A stretch of 64,000 nucleotides of DNA from Longimicrobiales bacterium (lineage in GTDB: Bacteria; Gemmatimonadota; Gemmatimonadetes; Longimicrobiales; Gaopeijiaceae). The notes under the pieces were generated by a model. That model was not told the DNA's origin and searched no databases. It saw only the letters and a list, made by a program, of their open reading frames with translations. Where the stretch lies: positions 2,272,001 through 2,336,000 of the forward strand of contig OZ220732.1 of assembly GCA_965116905.1 (NCBI GenBank), written 5' to 3'. Position 1 is the stretch's first letter. The number at the start of each line of letters is the position of its first letter. Both the position numbers and the translations under genes were made by a program. Of the stretch, positions 61,529 to 64,000 are shown one piece after another.

Positions 61529-63439
61529 TCAGCGCGCATCGCGCTTTCGGTTGGCCCTCTTGGCAGTCGGCCGATTCCGCGGCATGCGCTCCATGAGCGC
61601 CCTCTCCCTGGCCTCCTCAAGATCAGCCCGCAGATTCGCCCTCAGCACGTCGCCTGCCTGCCCCGTCACACCCGTCGCAGCGGCCTCACCGGTCGCGGCT
61701 CCGGCCTCATCTCGTGCGATGCATTCCTTCAGGTTGACGGTGCCACCCGTGGACGTGCGTTGCGGATTCACTCGCACATGCCCGGGGATTCCCCGAAGCC
61801 GCCACTGTAGCGGAATGCAGCCGGAGAAACGGTTTCGGCGGACATCGCCGTAGGAGAGGAGGGGCACGGAGCCTGTCAACTCGTTGCCTGCAATAGAGAT
61901 GAAGCTATCGACCTCGTATAGCGAAAGGCTGTCGAGCTCGACCGGTGCCGGTCCTGAGAATGCGTTGTTGTCCGCGAACAGGTAGGTGAGAGGGTATCGG
62001 TCACTGTCCCAGTCATGCAGGAATGCCGACCGCACGAACTCGCCCGATATCGCTCCCGAAAGACTGTTGTCGTCCAGCCACAGGACTTCCAGCACCTCCA
62101 GGCCCCCCAGTTCCGGCGGAATCGACCCCGTCAACTGGTTGTCCTGCAGTTCCAACGATCTCAGACGGTTGAGCTGACCCAGCTCCGGCGGAATCGCGCC
62201 CGTCAGCCGGTTGCCGGCAAGAGACAGATCCCGCAGCCCGGACAGGTCACCAAGCTCCGGCGGGATGGACCCGGTGATTTCGTTGTCGTTCAGGAGCAGG
62301 AACCCGAGATCGTCCAGGTTGGTCAACTCGGACGGGAGTCCGGTTAATTCGTTGTGGGCGAGGGTGAGAAACCGGAGGTTGGCGAGGTCACCAAGTTCCG
62401 ATGGGATGCCGGTCAGGTTGTTTCCTGAAAGGTCCAACACCTGAAGATTGCCCAGGTTGCCAAGTTCCGCCGGGACGCTGGTCAGCCCGAGATCCTCGAG
62501 GGTCAATCCCACGAGGCTGTCGATGTCGCCAAGTTCCGGTGGAATGGAACCCGTCAGCCGATTCGTGCCCAGCGACAAATACAAGAGGCCATCCATGCTG
62601 CCGAGTTCCGATGGAATCGATCCGGTCAACTGATTGTGGTTGAGCAACAACTCTTCGAGATTGGCCAGTTCAGCGAGTTCGACGGGGATCGATCCCGTCA
62701 GTTGATTCCCGGCCAGGATCAACTCCTCGAGATCGGCCAGCTCGCCGAGTTTGGCGGGGATCGATCCCGTCAGCTGATTCCCGGCCAGGTACAACCGAAC
62801 GAGATTGTCGAGATTGCCCAGCTCTGGCGGGATTGAACCCGTGAGCCCGTTCTCGTCGAGATCCAGGACGTTCAGGCTGGACAGGTTGCCGAGTTCCGCC
62901 GGGATCGAGCCCGTCAGTCGGTTCGCCCAGAGATCCAGGACTTCGAGGCTGGACAGGTTGCCGAGTTCCGCCGGGATCGAGCCCGTCAACCGGTTGAAAG
63001 AGAGGTCCAGTTCCTCCAGGTTGCCCAGGCTGCCCAACTCCGCCGGGATCGAGCCCGTCAACCGGTTTTCGGTCAGCTCCAGGAGTTCCAGGTTGCTCAG
63101 GCTCCCGAGTGCCGGCGGGATCGACCCGGACAGGTTGTTGTCATTCAGCCACAGCTCTCGTACCCGGCCGGTCGTATCCACACTGACGCCTTCCCAGCGT
63201 TCGATCGACGGCTCGGTCGTCCAGCCGCCCTGATAGTACCATTCCGGACCACCGGTAGCGTGATAGAAGGTCTCGAGGATTTCGCGGTCAGTGGGCGCAT
63301 TGGGCGCCGCACTATGAGCCTGTGCCTCGGCGGAAGGCACGGTTTCGGCAATTGGCGCCACTACCTCTGCGGCGTCTGAAGTGCAGGCCACAGGCACGAG
63401 GCACACCACCGCTGCACTGGTCCAGAAGCGATTCAACAT
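61529..63439 (-). CDS. Plant-type leucine-rich-repeat lipoprotein (eukaryote-like protein)
   Basis: About 16 repeats LxxLxLxxNxLTGSIPxELGxL; N-cap DREIL..FY.ATGG..W...W.GV; PVAC lipobox; GGAGG RBS. Confidence 0.92.
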   Translation of the reverse strand: MLNRFWTSAAVVCLVPVACTSDAAEVVAPIAETVPSAEAQAHSAAPNAPTDREILETFYHATGGPEWYYQGGWTTEPSIERWEGVSVDTTGRVRELWLNDNNLSGSIPPALGSLSNLELLELTENRLTGSIPAELGSLGNLEELDLSFNRLTGSIPAELGNLSSLEVLDLWANRLTGSIPAELGNLSSLNVLDLDENGLTGSIPPELGNLDNLVRLYLAGNQLTGSIPAKLGELADLEELILAGNQLTGSIPVELAELANLEELLLNHNQLTGSIPSELGSMDGLLYLSLGTNRLTGSIPPELGDIDSLVGLTLEDLGLTSVPAELGNLGNLQVLDLSGNNLTGIPSELGDLANLRFLTLAHNELTGLPSELTNLDDLGFLLLNDNEITGSIPPELGDLSGLRDLSLAGNRLTGAIPPELGQLNRLRSLELQDNQLTGSIPPELGGLEVLEVLWLDDNSLSGAISGEFVRSAFLHDWDSDRYPLTYLFADNNAFSGPAPVELDSLSLYEVDSFISIAGNELTGSVPLLSYGDVRRNRFSGCIPLQWRLRGIPGHVRVNPQRTSTGGTVNLKECIARDEAGAATGEAAATGVTGQAGDVLRANLRADLEEARERALMERMPRNRPTAKRANRKRDAR

Positions 63440-63914
63440 TGTTCAGCCTCCTTCATCCCGGGGGCGGCTCCGCCTCTTGCGCGAAGCCCGGGATGGGCGC
63501 GATGAGCGGCAGCGCGAGAGTGAGTACGCATCGGTTCATGGCTTCCCTCTACGCGATCAATATTATCACGGTGCGTATTCCCAGGCGATCAAGACATGAT
63601 TTACAGGGTTTAGAAGGTTATCAAACAGAGACCCAACCGACGTTCGCCGAGGGAAAGATGTGGAGCCGGCATGCGTACAGGCATCCCCTCTTCAGGGGAC
63701 CCCCCGGCCTGGGGTGGAATGCGAGGCGGGTCCGGAGCGGGGATTTCCAACCTGGCCAGTGCATGCGCCCTCCAGCGTTGCATCTTCGCGCCACCCCCCA
63801 AAGGTTGAGCAGGTATGGCTGGTGGTGGGCCGGGCCGGGAGCGATTGGCCGGTCTCGAGATTGAGGACCGTGGCAAAAGGTAGTGGTCAAGCAACCCGTA
63901 CGAGAGAGAAGCCG

Positions 63915-64000
63915 ATGGAACCGCAGGCGACCGCACTGATCAACGATCCCATGGGCGTTTTCGCCTTCCTCGCCGGAGTCGTCGCGCTGGTTTTCTGGGT
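63915..64000 (+). CDS. N-terminus of a membrane protein (DUF819-like), truncated by window
   Basis: MEPQATALINDPMGVFAFLAGVVALVFW after a purine-rich RBS. Confidence 0.5.
   Translation, partial: MEPQATALINDPMGVFAFLAGVVALVFW

Noticed and set aside
63440..63914. 475-bp intergenic region with a CATCCCGGG...CCCGGGATG hairpin
   Set aside because: No riboswitch, tRNA or repeat consensus recognised; small ORFs there lack support

Overview
High-GC bacterial chromosomal window. Gene content and order (purB-purC-psd-pssA-purS-purQ-purL-purF; trpD-lexA-trpCFBA; aspS-phoH-HD-ybeY-mgtE-meaB) together with a plant-type LRR protein and an NHL beta-propeller suggest Gemmatimonadota, possibly a marine-invertebrate/sponge symbiont; this is inference only. 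A housekeeping core (about 8.7-43 kb) is flanked by accessory regions with peptidases, a toxin-antitoxin pair, channels, outer-membrane proteins and eukaryote-like proteins. The most notable non-standard signals are: (1) two exactly 247-bp fold-back elements with compensatory base changes, sitting on the stop codons of trpB and of a B12 mutase gene; (2) recurrent short tandem duplications of RBS/start-codon regions at six gene junctions; (3) a His-rich, Cys-motif, NGPP-ending putative leader peptide upstream of a Met/His-rich outer-membrane protein; (4) candidate direct-repeat LexA boxes; (5) a 1.7-kb tandem duplication of a barrel-OmpA gene carrying a histidine kinase remnant; (6) a trypsin-fold protease apparently nested inside an SdrD-B-like domain. 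No rRNA, tRNA, CRISPR array or transposase was recognised. All calls come from reading motifs by eye; start codons were refined manually and some are uncertain.
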